Part shown: positions 62,030 to 64,000 of the stretch, piece by piece
Layout of the letters: every line of letters begins with the position of its first letter
Numbering within the stretch: position 1 is the stretch's first letter
Assembly (NCBI GenBank): GCA_965202785.1
Contig: OZ241855.1
Span: forward strand, 256,001-320,000
Length of the DNA stretch: 64,000 nucleotides
Origin: Thermodesulfobacteriota bacterium
GTDB lineage: Bacteria > Desulfobacterota_D > UBA1144 > Nemesobacterales > Nemesobacteraceae
Direction of reading: 5' to 3'
Notes under the pieces: model-generated
What the model was told of the DNA's origin: nothing
Seen by the model: only the letters and a program-made list of their open reading frames with translations
Databases searched by the model: none
Made by a program: the position numbers and the translations under genes

Positions 62030-62770
62030 ATGCAGAAAAACCATAACATTCCCACACCGGGTCCTATCCCCAGACACGTTGTCATAATAATGGACGGCAA
62101 CGGAAGATGGGCGAGGCGAAAGAATCTCGACAGGCTGATCGGTCACAGGGAAGGAATAAAATCGGCGAGATCGGTGGTCCGTGCCGCGCGGGAGATCGGG
62201 ATAGAATATTTAACCCTTTACGCGTTTTCCGCCCAGAACTGGAATAGACCGGGGGAAGAGGTTCTCGCCCTTATGGACCTTTTAAGGGAGTACCTCTCAA
62301 ATGAAGGCGAGAAGCTGCTTGCGCGCAACACCAGGCTAAACGCAATCGGGAATCTCTCGAACCTTCCCCAAGACGTACGTGAACTTCTCGGGCGAGTGAT
62401 GAAAATGACCGAGAAATGCGACTCCCTGACGATAACCCTGGCTCTTAGCTACGGGGGCAGGGAAGAGATAATCAACGCCGTGAACAGCATAATCGAGGAG
62501 GGAAAGAAAAAACCGGTTTCCGAGAAGGATTTTCAGGGATATCTCTATACCTCCGGCCTGCCTGAACCGGATCTGCTCATAAGAACCGGGGGAGAAATGA
62601 GACTTTCGAACTTTCTGCTGTGGCAACTGGCCTATGCCGAAATATACGTCACGAAGACACTCTGGCCGAATTTCAGAAGAAGGCATCTGCTAAAGGCCAT
62701 CGCCAATTACCGCAACAGGGAAAGAAGGTTCGGACTGACAGGAGAGCAGATACGGGAGAAAGGGCGCTAG
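62030..62770 (+). CDS. uppS: Undecaprenyl diphosphate synthase
   Basis: IMDGNGRWA, YGGR, IRTGGE.RLSNFLLWQ. Confidence 0.96.
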   Translation: MQKNHNIPTPGPIPRHVVIIMDGNGRWARRKNLDRLIGHREGIKSARSVVRAAREIGIEYLTLYAFSAQNWNRPGEEVLALMDLLREYLSNEGEKLLARNTRLNAIGNLSNLPQDVRELLGRVMKMTEKCDSLTITLALSYGGREEIINAVNSIIEEGKKKPVSEKDFQGYLYTSGLPEPDLLIRTGGEMRLSNFLLWQLAYAEIYVTKTLWPNFRRRHLLKAIANYRNRERRFGLTGEQIREKGR

Positions 62771-62771
62771 A

Positions 62772-63929
62772 TTGAAAAAGATCTCTATACTCGGATCAAC
62801 CGGCTCGATCGGATCGCAGACCCTTGAGATAGTACGAAGATTTCCCGAGAGGTTCGAGGTAACGGGCCTTTGTGCGGGAAAAAACATTGATCTTCTTGCA
62901 GAACAGATAACGGAATTCGCCCCGAAGATCGTATCGGTTACCCGAAAAGAGGACTCGGAACGACTCAGGGAAATCGCCGGTCCGAAAACACAGATACACT
63001 ACGGAGACAAGGGAAATATCGCAGTTGCTACGGAAGGCGATTGCGATCTGGTTATATCCTCCATGGTAGGTTTCCCGGGGCTTCTGCCTACATTGTCCGC
63101 AATACGGGCCGGAAGAAACGTTGGGATAGCAAACAAAGAATCTCTTGTGGTCGCAGGAGGACTTCTTATTTCCGAGGCAAAAAATCAGGACGTTACCCTC
63201 CTCCCCGTGGACAGCGAGCATAGCGCCGTTTTCCAGACGCTTCTTGAAAAGGACCGCGAATTCCTTAAACGGATCATTATAACGGCATCGGGCGGGCCGT
63301 TTCGCAAGACCCCGAAAAAGGACCTGGAAAAGGTTACGGTCGCCGACGCGCTCTGCCACCCAACATGGAAAATGGGAGAGAAAATAACCATAGATTCGGC
63401 GACGCTGATGAACAAAGGGTTTGAAATCATAGAGGCGAGGTGGTTTTTTGACATGCCTGCCGAAAAAATATCAATCTGGGTACATCCCCAGAGCATCGTG
63501 CATTCAATCCTTGAATATGTTGACGGCTCGTTCATAACCCATCTTTCCGCCTCTGACATGAAAATACCGATAGCCCAAGCACTCTCCTATCCCGAGAGAC
63601 TCGATCTCGGGCGCCCCGACGCCTCGCCGGACGATCTCTCGGACATCACGTTCGAGAAGCTAGACACAGATAAATTTGAGGCCCCCGCGATTGCAATTGA
63701 ATGTCTCAGAATGGGCGGCACTTATCCAACTGTGCTAAACGCCGCGAACGAAGTGGCAGTAACAGCGTTTCTTGACGAGAAAATAAAATTCACCGATATA
63801 ATCCCAATAGTCAGGGAAACTCTCGAGCGTCACGACAAACTTGACTCGGGATATCTTGACAATATATTAGAGGCGGACAGGTGGTCTAGGAGCGCCGCCG
63901 GTTCTATAATGGAGAACCTTCTTTCTTAG
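62772..63929 (+). CDS. dxr: 1-deoxy-D-xylulose-5-phosphate reductoisomerase
   Basis: LGSTGSIG, PVDSEH, HPTWKMG, NKGFE. Confidence 0.97.
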   Translation: MKKISILGSTGSIGSQTLEIVRRFPERFEVTGLCAGKNIDLLAEQITEFAPKIVSVTRKEDSERLREIAGPKTQIHYGDKGNIAVATEGDCDLVISSMVGFPGLLPTLSAIRAGRNVGIANKESLVVAGGLLISEAKNQDVTLLPVDSEHSAVFQTLLEKDREFLKRIIITASGGPFRKTPKKDLEKVTVADALCHPTWKMGEKITIDSATLMNKGFEIIEARWFFDMPAEKISIWVHPQSIVHSILEYVDGSFITHLSASDMKIPIAQALSYPERLDLGRPDASPDDLSDITFEKLDTDKFEAPAIAIECLRMGGTYPTVLNAANEVAVTAFLDEKIKFTDIIPIVRETLERHDKLDSGYLDNILEADRWSRSAAGSIMENLLS

Positions 63930-63931
63930 TG

Positions 63932-64000
63932 ATGACTACTATCCTGGCTTTTATCTTCGTAATAGGAGTTCTGGTCTTTTTTCACGAACTGGGACATTTT
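63932..64000 (+). CDS. rseP: RseP metalloprotease, 5' fragment cut by the window end
   Basis: MTTILAFIFVIGVLVFFHELGHF (HExxH) right after dxr. Confidence 0.88.
   Translation, partial: MTTILAFIFVIGVLVFFHELGHF

Overview
Bacterial chromosomal window, mostly housekeeping: caa3-type (A2) oxidase operon, pepF, carA, gshB-gatCA, rsmI, tRNA-Ser(TGA), rpsB-tsf-pyrH-frr, serS, bamD, two DksA paralogues, prmA-mtnA, a LeuT-like transporter, panBCD, apt-aroB-trmB-aroF, purN, a stand-alone 5S rRNA, rpsU-dnaG-rpoD, ctpA and uppS-dxr-rseP (cut by the window end). The gene content suggests an aerobic Desulfobacterota/Dadabacteria-like organism (inference only). An accessory region at about 9.7-18.3 kb, right after carA, holds the most unusual signals. 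(i) Two transposase-less cargo cassettes (9712-10931 and 13759-15899) are bounded by the same 24-bp terminal inverted repeat family, GGGAATTA-N8-ACTTG(A/G)CA. The second has a perfect 8-bp target duplication and splits the 5' end of a neighbouring gene; IS1595-type non-autonomous elements are inferred. (ii) A DUF6884-like gene, an atypical HhH DNA-glycosylase-like gene and endonuclease V form a co-oriented cluster, a candidate modified-base-targeting defence or repair system. (iii) The region also has a small-protein plus retropepsin pair, a HEPN-like gene, an orphan HicB, a haloacetate dehalogenase and VapBC. All family calls come from motif recognition by eye; no searches were run.
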